Part shown: one piece after another, positions 33,811 to 43,136 of the stretch
Layout: every line of letters starts with the position of its first letter
Numbering within the stretch: the first letter of the stretch is position 1
DNA from: a virus
Virus record (IMG/VR): IMGVR_UViG_3300006409_000042
Strand: one strand, 5' to 3'
DNA length: 43,164 bases
Notes under the pieces: generated by a model
The model's input: the letters and a program-made list of their open reading frames with translations, nothing else
Database searches by the model: none
Told to the model about the DNA's origin: nothing
Program-made: the position numbers and the translations under genes

Positions 33811-36375
33811 ATGGAAGCTTTGAGAGGGTTGTATGTTCTGATCGAGTTCGTGGATAAAGCTTCTGAACCCATTAGACAAGTTTCTAAATCTGTAACTGAC
33901 TTTAAGAGAAATTTGGAGACTACTGTAAAGCCCATTAAGGATTTGCAGACAGAAACGATGAAGGTCAAGCAAACGACAAAGCCAGTACAAGACCTTGCCT
34001 CTGCATTCGATAGGGTCAAAGTGAAAGCCTCCGAATACGTAACTTCAATGAAAACGAAGCTCTCGCATTTGACCGAAATCGTAGAGAAGCACAAGAAAGC
34101 CATAGCTGCAATAGGTACAGCTCTCTCGGCAATTGGATATGGAGGCTTCAGAGTGTTTGGAGGCTCCGCCAAAGATTTCGAGCGAGCGATCCTTGAGATG
34201 CAAGCCCGAACAACTTTGACAACCGAGCAACTCAAAGAAATGACAGAAGTTGTCAAGGATCTTGCAAGAGCTAACTCTGACTCATTCAAAACGATATCAG
34301 AAGTCGTAACAATTCTAACCGAGAGATATGGCTACCTCGGGAGAGAAACGAAGGAAACAGCCCAAGCAATACTCGACTTCGCCAAGGTGACAGGGACAGA
34401 TGCTGTAACAGCTGCGAATTCGATAAGTGTTGCAATGAAAGCCTTCAGTATTCCAGCTTCGCAAATGTATGAGGTAACCGATACGCTAATCGCAGCCCAA
34501 CAGCGCTTCGGTGTTCAATCGGCATACATCATCGAGCTGCTGAAGAGCAACGCAGCCCCACTAAAAATGCTCAACCTATCGTTCAGCGAAGCTGTTGGGT
34601 TACTCTCAGCCCTTGAAGCGAATGGTGTTAATGTTTCGAGGGCTTTAATGGGGCTGAGATCCGCAGCAGCCAAAGGCATCGATGTCAAGAAAGCTTTGAG
34701 AGAGCTTGCCGAAATAGAGGACTCGACAGAGAGAACGAGGAGAGCTGTAGAGATATTTGGCTCATACGCTGGTCCTGGCTTGGCAAGAGTACTTGAAGGT
34801 GGTACCGAAGCTCTGGATAAATTCATGTTGAAGATGGATGATGTGAGAGGAACGACCAAAAAAGCATCTGAAACAATTGACAAGAGCTTATCGGAGCAAA
34901 TTGGGATCTTAAAGAACAATCTGACGATTCTGGCTGTTGAAATTGGCAAGACTTTGTTGCCAGTAATGAAAAAGGTTGTTGCAATTCTAAGAACTTTAAC
35001 AGACACGTTCGAGAAACTTCCAACTCCAATTAAGGGACTCATTGGTGTCGTAGCTGGATTGGTAACAGTTGTTTCAGCTGTTGTAGGTCCGCTGTTGGTT
35101 CAAGTGGCGGCAATCACTTGGCTTGGTTTAAATTATAAATTGAAAGCAACGATTTTAGGATTAACTACAACACTCAGAACATTTGCAGTATCTCTCTGGA
35201 CAACCTTGGCACCTCTCCTCCTATGGATCGCTTTAATTGGAGGATTGATAATGGCAATCCTACTACTCCAGGATGTACTTGTCAAGGGTTGGGAGAGAAG
35301 TTATCTCGGGCAGTTCGTCAATTGGCTCCTCGAAAAGCTTCCCTTCCTCAAGCCAATCGCCGAAGGCGTTGGCAACGCCATCAACTGGATGAGGCAGAGT
35401 ATAGACTGGTTGTCGAGTGAAATCGGCGAGTTCGTATCCTGGATCCAGCAAGGACTTGACACATTAGGTCCCCTCAAATATGCCATACTCGGCCCCGCTG
35501 GAGCAATCTTATTCCTGGCCCAAAACTTCGACAAAGTAACCTCTGCAATCAAGAACTTCATCACTTGGATAAAAAACGCGTGGAAAACCCTAACAGAGAA
35601 CCCGATCTTCAATCTGATCAAGACTCTGACACCATTTGGAGCAGCATTAAAAGCCTACGAGATAGTAACAAGAAAGACAATCGAAACAAAAACAATCAAC
35701 CTCATCGAAACTTCAAAGAAAGAAGAGCTCCTCAGAAGAAACGTGACTGAGGAGGAAATCAGGAGAAAAGCGATAGAGCAATACGAATACATCAAATCAA
35801 TCAAATTACAAGGAGTAACAAACGAGGAAGAAATCAAGAAACAGCTTGAGACCAAGTTCGGTGAAGTCATCATCAATCCCGAAATAATTCCGTACGTAGG
35901 CAAGCCAGAGTACGACAAGAAATTCTACGAAGAGGGCTCGATTAAGTTGAAGGTGGAAGAGCCAGTTTTCAAGCCAATAATCGAGAAGCCAGATATGTCG
36001 TGGCTCGATACATTATTTTTACACATTAAGCCAGTAGTCGAAGCCATCAAACTCCCATCTCTCTACGCTCAAGCTCTCATCAAGCCCATTATAGCGGATA
36101 TCCCCAAGCTTCCAGAATTAGTTGGAGTTGTGAAGTACATTCCTAAACTTATTAAGCCAGAGCTTCCAAGTGGCATACTCAAATCAGTGGAAACTCTCCC
36201 AACCGAGCTCATCCACGCAACTTACCAAACGATGATCCACCAACCCATGACTCAAACAACCTACAACCAACCGATTACAATCAATAAGCTCGAAATCAAA
36301 ACAGACAATCCAGATCAATTCTTCAAGGAGTTCATCAGAAAGCTTAAGCTGAAGCATTATGCGAATCCAGGATAA
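33811..36375 (+). CDS. Tail tape measure protein (TP901-like core), 854 aa
   Basis: FVDKASEPI, AILDFAKVTGTD, VTDTLIAAQ, EIGKTLLP; long helical Ala/Thr-rich protein. Confidence 0.92.
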   Translation: MEALRGLYVLIEFVDKASEPIRQVSKSVTDFKRNLETTVKPIKDLQTETMKVKQTTKPVQDLASAFDRVKVKASEYVTSMKTKLSHLTEIVEKHKKAIAAIGTALSAIGYGGFRVFGGSAKDFERAILEMQARTTLTTEQLKEMTEVVKDLARANSDSFKTISEVVTILTERYGYLGRETKETAQAILDFAKVTGTDAVTAANSISVAMKAFSIPASQMYEVTDTLIAAQQRFGVQSAYIIELLKSNAAPLKMLNLSFSEAVGLLSALEANGVNVSRALMGLRSAAAKGIDVKKALRELAEIEDSTERTRRAVEIFGSYAGPGLARVLEGGTEALDKFMLKMDDVRGTTKKASETIDKSLSEQIGILKNNLTILAVEIGKTLLPVMKKVVAILRTLTDTFEKLPTPIKGLIGVVAGLVTVVSAVVGPLLVQVAAITWLGLNYKLKATILGLTTTLRTFAVSLWTTLAPLLLWIALIGGLIMAILLLQDVLVKGWERSYLGQFVNWLLEKLPFLKPIAEGVGNAINWMRQSIDWLSSEIGEFVSWIQQGLDTLGPLKYAILGPAGAILFLAQNFDKVTSAIKNFITWIKNAWKTLTENPIFNLIKTLTPFGAALKAYEIVTRKTIETKTINLIETSKKEELLRRNVTEEEIRRKAIEQYEYIKSIKLQGVTNEEEIKKQLETKFGEVIINPEIIPYVGKPEYDKKFYEEGSIKLKVEEPVFKPIIEKPDMSWLDTLFLHIKPVVEAIKLPSLYAQALIKPIIADIPKLPELVGVVKYIPKLIKPELPSGILKSVETLPTELIHATYQTMIHQPMTQTTYNQPITINKLEIKTDNPDQFFKEFIRKLKLKHYANPG

Positions 36376-36397
36376 TTCTTCAAGAATTCTTGACACT

Positions 36398-36409
36398 TCT
36401 TAAAGTCTA
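36398..36409 (+). promoter_or_regulatory. Late promoter motif (baseplate)
   Basis: TCTTAAAGTCTA; ATG at 36427. Confidence 0.72.
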
Positions 36410-36426
36410 TTCTCTTCCTCGGCAAC

Positions 36427-36972
36427 ATGGAGAATGTATTGCTCGACGATATTGAGCTTGAGGCTGTTCAAGTAGTCGATTTAACCGAAAAGACCACGGT
36501 TCCAGAGCACAGAGTCGAGAAGCAATTCAGCATATCGGACCACATCATCCTGGAGCCAGCCGAATTCTCAATCGAAGCAACAATCGACACATCAACAAAA
36601 CAGAGACTCGAGGCACTAAGAGACTCAAAAAAGTTGTTCACGTTTGTCTCGGAGCTTCATGGCACGTACGACAACATGGTTGTTCTCAGTCTCTCCTTCC
36701 GACCTCTCGATTTGAGCAACTTGCAAGCTTCTATCCACATCAAGCAAATACGCGTGGCTGAAACGAAGACTGTCAGCATTCCGATTTCTGTAACTCCAAG
36801 CGAGGAGGAGGTAAAGGGTAGCACAACCCCCACCAATCCACTCGATGGCTGGATGGCCCGCCACTTTGAGGAGTACAAGAAGGAGGTACCAGAACAACCT
36901 CAGCAAAGCTTGTTGGATAAAGCTCTCGGATTCGTTAATTGGCTTACTGGTGGGCTTTTTGGAGGGGTGTAA
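36427..36972 (+). CDS. Baseplate/tail tube initiator-like protein, 181 aa
   Basis: TTVPEHRVE..ISDHIILEP, TYDNMVVLSL, IKQIRVAET; after TMP. Confidence 0.75.
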   Translation: MENVLLDDIELEAVQVVDLTEKTTVPEHRVEKQFSISDHIILEPAEFSIEATIDTSTKQRLEALRDSKKLFTFVSELHGTYDNMVVLSLSFRPLDLSNLQASIHIKQIRVAETKTVSIPISVTPSEEEVKGSTTPTNPLDGWMARHFEEYKKEVPEQPQQSLLDKALGFVNWLTGGLFGGV

Positions 36973-37254
36973 ATGGAGATTGGGAGATTGCCATTCGACA
37001 GAAATATTGGCTATCCTCAGAAGCAGAGTGTTAAGATAGGTGGCAGAGCTTACTTACTCTTCTACAGATGGAATGTGAAAGGTTTCGCTGTCCTCCGGAT
37101 AAGAGACATTGAAAGTAACGAAATTCTGTTCGAGGGCAAGCTCGTGGAAAAGAAACTCTTCGAAATCAGAGACACGAAAACATACGAAACACTATTCGTG
37201 ATTCTGCCTTGGAAGGTTACGGAAAGCGATTGCGAGGTTTGGGCGTTCTGGTGA
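36973..37254 (+). CDS. Baseplate plug-like small protein, 93 aa
   Basis: Synteny; GRAYLLFYRWN. Confidence 0.65.
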   Translation: MEIGRLPFDRNIGYPQKQSVKIGGRAYLLFYRWNVKGFAVLRIRDIESNEILFEGKLVEKKLFEIRDTKTYETLFVILPWKVTESDCEVWAFW

Positions 37255-37258
37255 TAGC

Positions 37259-38095
37259 ATGCTCTGGCTCCGGCACATTGAAGTGAGGGTTGGAAGCTTA
37301 CTTTTCACATCCAACGAGCTCGACATCGAATTCGAAGTTGAAAAGAAGGAGGGTGAACCTAAGACAGCAACGATAATCGTTTACAACATCTCCCAACAAA
37401 CGAGAGAACAGATTAAGACTGATATTGATGTGGAATTGAAAGCTGGCTACAACGATGACTATGGCACGATCTTTTATGGCAAGGTTGCGAGCGTGGATGT
37501 TGCCAGGAAGAGAGGAGATGAAGCAACGATAATAGAGTGCACGGATTCGTCAATCGATCTGAACAAGGAGCCAGTGGTGGTCAAGTATCCAGCTGGAACA
37601 GACGCATCGCGAGTAATCCAAGACATGTGCAGCGCTTGTGGAATCGCTATTGGCAAGATTGAGAACACTGGTGTAACCTTCGAGAAACCATTTGTGTTCC
37701 AAGGAACCCCCAAGGAAGTCATAGATGAGGTTGTAAAGCTGATCAATGGCAAGTTAAGGACAAGAAAACAATGGGATGGTTGGATGATGTCATCAATGCC
37801 AAAGTTTGGCGAGGAGTATGTTTTCACGATTGAGAACAATATGGCATTTCTAACAAAAGACAGGCTGTCTAACGAAGCCGAAGTACTCGAGTCAGAAACA
37901 GGATTGCTGGAAGTTAGTAAGATTAAGGACGATCAAGATAAATTCAGGATAAGGGCTTTGTTGAGGTGGAAAATACAAGTTGGCAGTGTTGTGGTTGTGA
38001 ATTCTGAAAAGCTAAGCGGACAATTCGTAGTTTCTTCATACAAGCATGTTTGCAAGGGCGGAGAGTACTACACGGAGGTAGAGGTGATACCGTGA
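37259..38095 (+). CDS. Baseplate hub protein, 278 aa
   Basis: IEFEVEK..ATIIVYNIS, ELKAGY..YGTIFYG, ETGLL; synteny. Confidence 0.8.
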   Translation: MLWLRHIEVRVGSLLFTSNELDIEFEVEKKEGEPKTATIIVYNISQQTREQIKTDIDVELKAGYNDDYGTIFYGKVASVDVARKRGDEATIIECTDSSIDLNKEPVVVKYPAGTDASRVIQDMCSACGIAIGKIENTGVTFEKPFVFQGTPKEVIDEVVKLINGKLRTRKQWDGWMMSSMPKFGEEYVFTIENNMAFLTKDRLSNEAEVLESETGLLEVSKIKDDQDKFRIRALLRWKIQVGSVVVVNSEKLSGQFVVSSYKHVCKGGEYYTEVEVIP

Positions 38096-38634
38096 TCGAC
38101 GAGTTGCTGAAAATTTTGGACGAGAGGATTGAAAGAAAACTCGCGAGGATGAATACTGCTGCTTTGGGGGTAGTAACTCAAGTCGATTTACAGAAATTCC
38201 GCTGCAATGTCAAGTTGAAGAACAAAGTACATGGCAAGGAGGTAGAGTTGTTTGAAGTGCCAATAGCTGTGCAAAAATTTGGTTCTGGAAGCGTGATTGT
38301 GGCCCCATCGGAAGGGGATGTTGTCGTAATAATATTCTCTAAACACGAGTTGGAAGAGCAACTGAAGAACAATGAAATCGTGCAAGTAAACGAGATCCTT
38401 CGTTTCGGCATCAACAACGCCATAGTGATAGCGGGCATCCACACGTTGGTGGATCCAATTCCACAAATAAACCAAGATGAAATACTTATCCAGCACAAAT
38501 CGGGCAATTACATCAAATTCCAGCAAGATGGAAGAGTAGTCATCAAGGGAGATGTCTACATCGATGGCGACCTCGATTTCAAAACCATAAGGGGAACTAA
38601 CGCTGACGATGGTACTTGGCACAACCCACCCTAA
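38092..38634 (+). CDS. Baseplate spike (Gp138/gpV-like), 180 aa
   Basis: NTAALGVVTQVD, EVPI, PSEGDVVVIIFS, C-terminal TWH. Confidence 0.8.
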   Translation: MIDELLKILDERIERKLARMNTAALGVVTQVDLQKFRCNVKLKNKVHGKEVELFEVPIAVQKFGSGSVIVAPSEGDVVVIIFSKHELEEQLKNNEIVQVNEILRFGINNAIVIAGIHTLVDPIPQINQDEILIQHKSGNYIKFQQDGRVVIKGDVYIDGDLDFKTIRGTNADDGTWHNPP

Positions 38635-38640
38635 CTCGAT

Positions 38641-38652
38641 TTTTAAAGTCTA
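38641..38652 (+). promoter_or_regulatory. Late promoter motif (wedge)
   Basis: TTTTAAAGTCTA; AAGTC 25 nt before ATG 38671. Confidence 0.78.
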
Positions 38653-38670
38653 TTGGCTCCATAGCTCTCG

Positions 38671-39024
38671 ATGACATGGGATTTCAAGTTCTCTCAAGGG
38701 GATCTTGTTATTAACGAATTGAAAAGACTCGAGAGGGTAACAGAATTCGAAAAGATAAAGCAGCATGTGTGGTTTCTCCTTAAAACTGTCAAAGGTACAG
38801 ATTTGTTCAATCCAGAGTTTGGAGTTGATTGGTTGAAGATAAAGCGCTCGGGGCTGAACAAGGCTTTGATAGAACACGAAATCAAAAAAGCCCTCGCAAG
38901 TTACGACAAAATAAAGTCCGTGGATAGTGTGGAAATTTCTGACCCCGATTCTAATGGAAAATTGAGTATAAAGCTCACTCTGACAGTTGATGAGGGGAAA
39001 GTTGAGACCGAGGTGGTCGTATGA
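38671..39024 (+). CDS. Baseplate wedge, gp25/DUF2634-like, 117 aa
   Basis: LKTVKGTDLFNPEFGVDW. Confidence 0.82.
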   Translation: MTWDFKFSQGDLVINELKRLERVTEFEKIKQHVWFLLKTVKGTDLFNPEFGVDWLKIKRSGLNKALIEHEIKKALASYDKIKSVDSVEISDPDSNGKLSIKLTLTVDEGKVETEVVV

Positions 39025-40112
39025 ACTATGGAGTCACGGATTACGGATTTGTTGTCAAACCATTCAATGCGATATTGGATGGGCTGAAGCAAAGGGCTAA
39101 ACTTTACCTCGGAGAAATAGACTTAAGCGAGGATTCCGAATTTCTGGCATTCCTAAAGACCATAGCTTACGACATAGATATGCTCTGGCAGCTGTTGGAG
39201 GATGCTTATTACGCTGGCTACATAGAGTTTGCCACAGGACAGAATTTGGATCGCTTAGTTGCAATTCTCGGAATTAGAAGGAAGCAAGCCACCAAAGCAA
39301 CTGGAATTGTAACTTTCAGTCGCTCAACACCAGCTACGAGCAACATCGTGATTCCAATAGGCACAAAGGTTGCTACAGCCGATGGGTCGGTGATTTTCCA
39401 GACAATAGAGGAGGTCATATTGCAGCAAGGTCAGACAAGTGTAGATGCAGCTATAGAGGCTGTTGAACCAGGATCTCACGGAAATGTCGCCGAGAACACT
39501 ATAACCAAATTACTCGATCCGATAAGTGGAATCGAAAGCGTAAACAATGCATCTCCAACAAGCGGAGGCAGCGATGCAGAGTCTGACGAGGAGTTGCGTT
39601 ATCGGGCTATAACATATGCACCATCCGCAAAAGCAACAGTTTATTCCATAAAGGCCGCATTATTGCAAGTAGAAGATGTCACAGATGTTAATGTTGAGGA
39701 GGACTTTGCAGAGTGCAAGGTAACAGTAACAATCGCTGGAGGTAATGATGCTGACATAACCAATACGATTGAGGATGTCAGGCCAGCGGGAATACAAGTA
39801 ATATGGCAACGTCCCTCGATAAAAACTATCACAGTAACTGTTTCTGTCACAAAAATTGCTTCCTACGATGCAGCGACAGTTCAAGCAAATGTTCAAGCTG
39901 CTATCGACAACTACATCAATTCATTGCCCATTGGCGAGGATGTCGTGTATTCAGATCTGGCTAAGGCAATTCTTGCGGCTAAGGGTGTTGATGACATCAA
40001 CAGCCTCGAGGCAACAGATGGAGTAATCACAATAAACGCATTTGGGCAAGCTTTGACAATAGAAGCCAACGAGAAAGCTCAAGCTGGAGCCCATGAAATC
40101 ACGGTGACATGA
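39021..40112 (+). CDS. Baseplate J-like protein, 363 aa
   Basis: ATGQNLDRL, ATKATGIVTF, EAVEPGSHGNV, GGSDAESDEELRYR. Confidence 0.93.
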   Translation: MNYGVTDYGFVVKPFNAILDGLKQRAKLYLGEIDLSEDSEFLAFLKTIAYDIDMLWQLLEDAYYAGYIEFATGQNLDRLVAILGIRRKQATKATGIVTFSRSTPATSNIVIPIGTKVATADGSVIFQTIEEVILQQGQTSVDAAIEAVEPGSHGNVAENTITKLLDPISGIESVNNASPTSGGSDAESDEELRYRAITYAPSAKATVYSIKAALLQVEDVTDVNVEEDFAECKVTVTIAGGNDADITNTIEDVRPAGIQVIWQRPSIKTITVTVSVTKIASYDAATVQANVQAAIDNYINSLPIGEDVVYSDLAKAILAAKGVDDINSLEATDGVITINAFGQALTIEANEKAQAGAHEITVT

Positions 40113-40113
40113 G

Positions 40114-40347
40114 ATGAAGAAGTTGCTTATCTTGCTCGGATTGCTTTGGATGTACACTTTAGCGCTTCTTCTTGTTTGTACGTTCCTTACAGCTTACATT
40201 TCTCCAGCAAAAAAGACCATCATATATGTCGATATTTTCGGAGAGGCGAATTACGAGTATTACATGTTTATGGTTATCGTTTCGGTAATGACTATCTCTC
40301 TTTATTATTTGCTTGAAAAATTGGAGGGGGAAAATGGCAAGCGCTAA
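40114..40347 (+). CDS. Small two-TM membrane protein, 77 aa
   Basis: Two hydrophobic helices; inserted between wedge genes. Confidence 0.6.
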   Translation: MKKLLILLGLLWMYTLALLLVCTFLTAYISPAKKTIIYVDIFGEANYEYYMFMVIVSVMTISLYYLLEKLEGENGKR

Positions 40348-41935
40348 GGAGATGCTGTCGAGAATCTCGAGCGCTTATAGGAAAGATGAAGATAGCAACA
40401 ATTACAAAATTCTTTCCACGATTGCGGAAGAGCTGAGCGAGATAGAGCAAGTTATCGAGGAAATAAAGGTGGCCCGCTTCGTAGAGGTTGCAAGGGGTAG
40501 ATCTCTTGATTACATAGCCAAACTCTTCAATCTCACGAGAAAATCTGGAGAGAGCGATGACGAGCTTCGCGGAAGGTTGCAAGTTGAGTTGCAAAAGTAC
40601 TTGAGTTGTGGGACACTCAAAGATATTTTGGATGTAGTAGTATACTTTACGGGCCTCGACAGCAAAGACATCAAGGTCGTCGAAGCTCCAAAAGCCATAC
40701 TCGGATTTGGTGAAGGATCGTTCGGGAACAATGTATTCGCTTCCCCCAAAGGTACATTTCGGATAGAGCTTTTAGAGGCGCCAATCCTTCAATTGAATTT
40801 GAAAGCTCTTTACAACGCCATAGATGTCGTAAAGGCAGCTGGCGTGTATTTCCAAAGAGATGGGACTCGCTTGTGGTATAAGATTCTCGCTCTCGCCAAG
40901 GGAGATTCTACAGTAGTGGTGCTTATATCCACGCCACTTGGCTTTGGTTACGATGGGTTCGGGGGTGGCCCATATGGGGGATTCTTGCTTGTGGTCAAAG
41001 CTGATGCGGAAACGAGCAACATCGATTTGTCGATTCTGGTAAGTTCCGCAACGAAAGCCAGAACTAAAAGTGGGCTTGGCTTCGGTCATGGCAGATTCGG
41101 AGAGCTTGGATTTTCAGAAAGGTTGGATGTTGCAATTGTAGCCTTAGCATTAACCTTGCTAAATGCAACTTTAGCCCTATGCGAGAATGCCGAAACGAAG
41201 TATCAAGTCGCCCCTTTAGGCTTCGGACAAAGCGGATTTGGACTGGTATCATTTGGAGATAAATTGCTTGTGATCGTAAAGGGTGATGTCGATCTGATAG
41301 ACCTCATGATTTTGCAGACCTCCAACACAAATGCTGAAATTAGTAGTGGGCTTGGATTTGGGTATGGCGCCTTTGGTGAGTTGGGGTTCTCAGACAGATA
41401 CGATGCAGCAACCATTAAGTGGTTGCTCGAAACACTTTCAGCAATTCTCGCAATTGTAGCACCACAAGCAATTGCAATTAGTATCCACACGTACTTCTCT
41501 TTTGGCGAAGGAGGATTTGGATATTGGCAATATGGAGGAGGAACTGTATCTTCAGCATCGGAATTGGATTACGTGGAAAAGAAGCGCATAACCTATTCCA
41601 GCGCTACGAACTTCACGAAGATGAAGTTCAATCTACGCCAGAATTCTGCTTCAACTGGTTGGATAAAGATTGAATATCAAATAGTTGCTCCCGATGGAAC
41701 AGTAAAAGTTCCGTGGACAACATTGTGTGAGGTATATGGTGAAGGATCTGGATCATTTAATGTTAGTAGCGCATCTTGGTCAAGCGATCCAAACTTCGAC
41801 AATGTTTATGAGCTAATGTTGGATTTATCTCTTGTTTATGGCGATACGATAGAGTTCAAGTTGCTTATGAAGAACTCGGATACCGAAGCTTGCTATAATG
41901 ATATATTCGATGTTTGGGGCTATCAAGCTCTTTGA
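40334..41935 (+). CDS. Baseplate wedge I-like protein with GFG repeats, 533 aa
   Basis: ARGRSLDYIAKLFNLTR..ESDDELR N-terminus; six (G/S)FGxxxFG motifs. Confidence 0.75.
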   Translation: MASAKEMLSRISSAYRKDEDSNNYKILSTIAEELSEIEQVIEEIKVARFVEVARGRSLDYIAKLFNLTRKSGESDDELRGRLQVELQKYLSCGTLKDILDVVVYFTGLDSKDIKVVEAPKAILGFGEGSFGNNVFASPKGTFRIELLEAPILQLNLKALYNAIDVVKAAGVYFQRDGTRLWYKILALAKGDSTVVVLISTPLGFGYDGFGGGPYGGFLLVVKADAETSNIDLSILVSSATKARTKSGLGFGHGRFGELGFSERLDVAIVALALTLLNATLALCENAETKYQVAPLGFGQSGFGLVSFGDKLLVIVKGDVDLIDLMILQTSNTNAEISSGLGFGYGAFGELGFSDRYDAATIKWLLETLSAILAIVAPQAIAISIHTYFSFGEGGFGYWQYGGGTVSSASELDYVEKKRITYSSATNFTKMKFNLRQNSASTGWIKIEYQIVAPDGTVKVPWTTLCEVYGEGSGSFNVSSASWSSDPNFDNVYELMLDLSLVYGDTIEFKLLMKNSDTEACYNDIFDVWGYQAL

Positions 41936-41936
41936 T

Positions 41937-41948
41937 TTTTAAAGTCTA
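41937..41948 (+). promoter_or_regulatory. Late promoter motif (tail fibre/DGR-target operon)
   Basis: TTTTAAAGTCTA; nearest ATG 41965 opens a 25-codon ORF; the 42020 gene has a GGAGGGAG SD. Confidence 0.7.
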
Positions 41949-42019
41949 ATTTTGAAGCCAAGCTATGGAGATCCGAGTTGATGTCAGATCTGAGATAAAA
42001 CTCTTCAGGAGGGAGTCAG

Positions 42020-42382
42020 ATGCCAGGAAAGATAATAACTGACGCGGGACTTAACGAACTGGCAAAACTCCTTTGCGGACAGGGGACACCGATGGCTTAC
42101 ATAGCATTAGGAACAGGTACCACAGATCCAACAACATCTGATACAGCTCTCGAGGCTGAAGTCATAAGGAAGCAAGCTACAGCGACTGTAAATGGTAGCG
42201 AGGTCGAGTTCGAGATAACGATCAATCCAGGGGATATCGTTGACAAGAACATTACCGAGATAGGGTTGTTCAACGCTCCTTCGGGAGGTGTTATGTACTA
42301 CAGAGAAGTTAGAAACCCCCTATACTTCGATGCCACTGTTGGAGCTGTCATCAAAATAAAATGTTCGTTCTCGAGGGGTTGA
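42020..42382 (+). CDS. Tail fibre collar/N-terminal-domain protein, 120 aa
   Basis: ITDAGLNEL, YIALGTG..PTTSDTALEAE, ITEIGLF. Confidence 0.82.
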   Translation: MPGKIITDAGLNELAKLLCGQGTPMAYIALGTGTTDPTTSDTALEAEVIRKQATATVNGSEVEFEITINPGDIVDKNITEIGLFNAPSGGVMYYREVRNPLYFDATVGAVIKIKCSFSRG

Positions 42383-42388
42383 TGAACT

Positions 42389-42595
42389 ATGAGGCAAAAG
42401 TTTTTGGTTAATACGGTTGATGGAGAGAAGGAGATCGTGGCTGACAGATACATCATCGAAGGCGATGAGTACGTGTTTTTGAATGGCAACGAAGTCGTGG
42501 ATCGCATTAAAATCACCGATGTTGTTGGGACTGTTAATGAAGAAGGCGAGATGGAATCGGGTATAAGGACTGTTTTCTCGAGGAGCGTGATGTGA
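42389..42595 (+). CDS. Hypothetical protein, 68 aa
   Basis: Operon packing; GAGGGG SD. Confidence 0.7.
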   Translation: MRQKFLVNTVDGEKEIVADRYIIEGDEYVFLNGNEVVDRIKITDVVGTVNEEGEMESGIRTVFSRSVM

Positions 42596-42596
42596 T

Positions 42597-43136
42597 ATGC
42601 CCACGTACACACCAAAATGGAATTTGGAAAAACCCGATAGGGGACAACTCGATTGGGATCTGCCGATTAATGCGAACTTTGACAAACTTGACAAGGCTGT
42701 GTATCAAGCGTTAAACGCTCACACTGGAGACAACGATTACGATGAAGAACTACCATTGCCAGATTTGCCAAACAGAGTGCTTTGGCTCTACGATTCAACT
42801 AACAACATGTGGGTTGAAATTCACCAAGTGTACATCCCGTACTTCATCAGCGAGGGATTCAGCCAGCCAGCCCTTAATGGATTGCTATTGGGGGGCTTTT
42901 GGATCGATAAGTATCAGTGCTGTCACCCCAAGGCTACGAGGTTCAGCAGAGGAACAGACACACCGAACTCTCCTGGCACAGTGGCAGCAGCTTCTAAACC
43001 ACATGTTGTTCCATGGACCAACATAAACTGGTGGAACGCTAAAACAGCTGTCGAGAACAGGAACCTAATAACTGGAGAGAAAGCCACAGGATATGTTCTA
43101 ACGTACAAGACTCAAGAAATGAGTGTTACTGGATAA
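42597..43136 (+). CDS. DGR target protein, N-terminal part (continues across the junction into 1..1113)
   Basis: YTPKWNLEKP..WDLPINANFDKLD fibre-type N-terminus; GGFWIDKYQC, KPHVVPWTNINW first half of CLec; TAA at 43134 is GAA in the copy at 40-42. Confidence 0.88.
   Translation: MPTYTPKWNLEKPDRGQLDWDLPINANFDKLDKAVYQALNAHTGDNDYDEELPLPDLPNRVLWLYDSTNNMWVEIHQVYIPYFISEGFSQPALNGLLLGGFWIDKYQCCHPKATRFSRGTDTPNSPGTVAAASKPHVVPWTNINWWNAKTAVENRNLITGEKATGYVLTYKTQEMSVTG

Noticed and set aside
2900-43094. Additional DGR target VRs elsewhere
   Set aside because: I found no further copy of the TR 3' anchor GGCTTCCGCGGCGC by eye; a BLASTN of the TR against the genome would settle it.
43127-43136. Two G>T differences in the terminal copy, one creating a stop in the DGR target gene
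   Set aside because: Both lie in the last 40 nt of the contig overlap and the other copy is open; most likely end-of-read errors. They are outside the VR, so not DGR mutagenesis.
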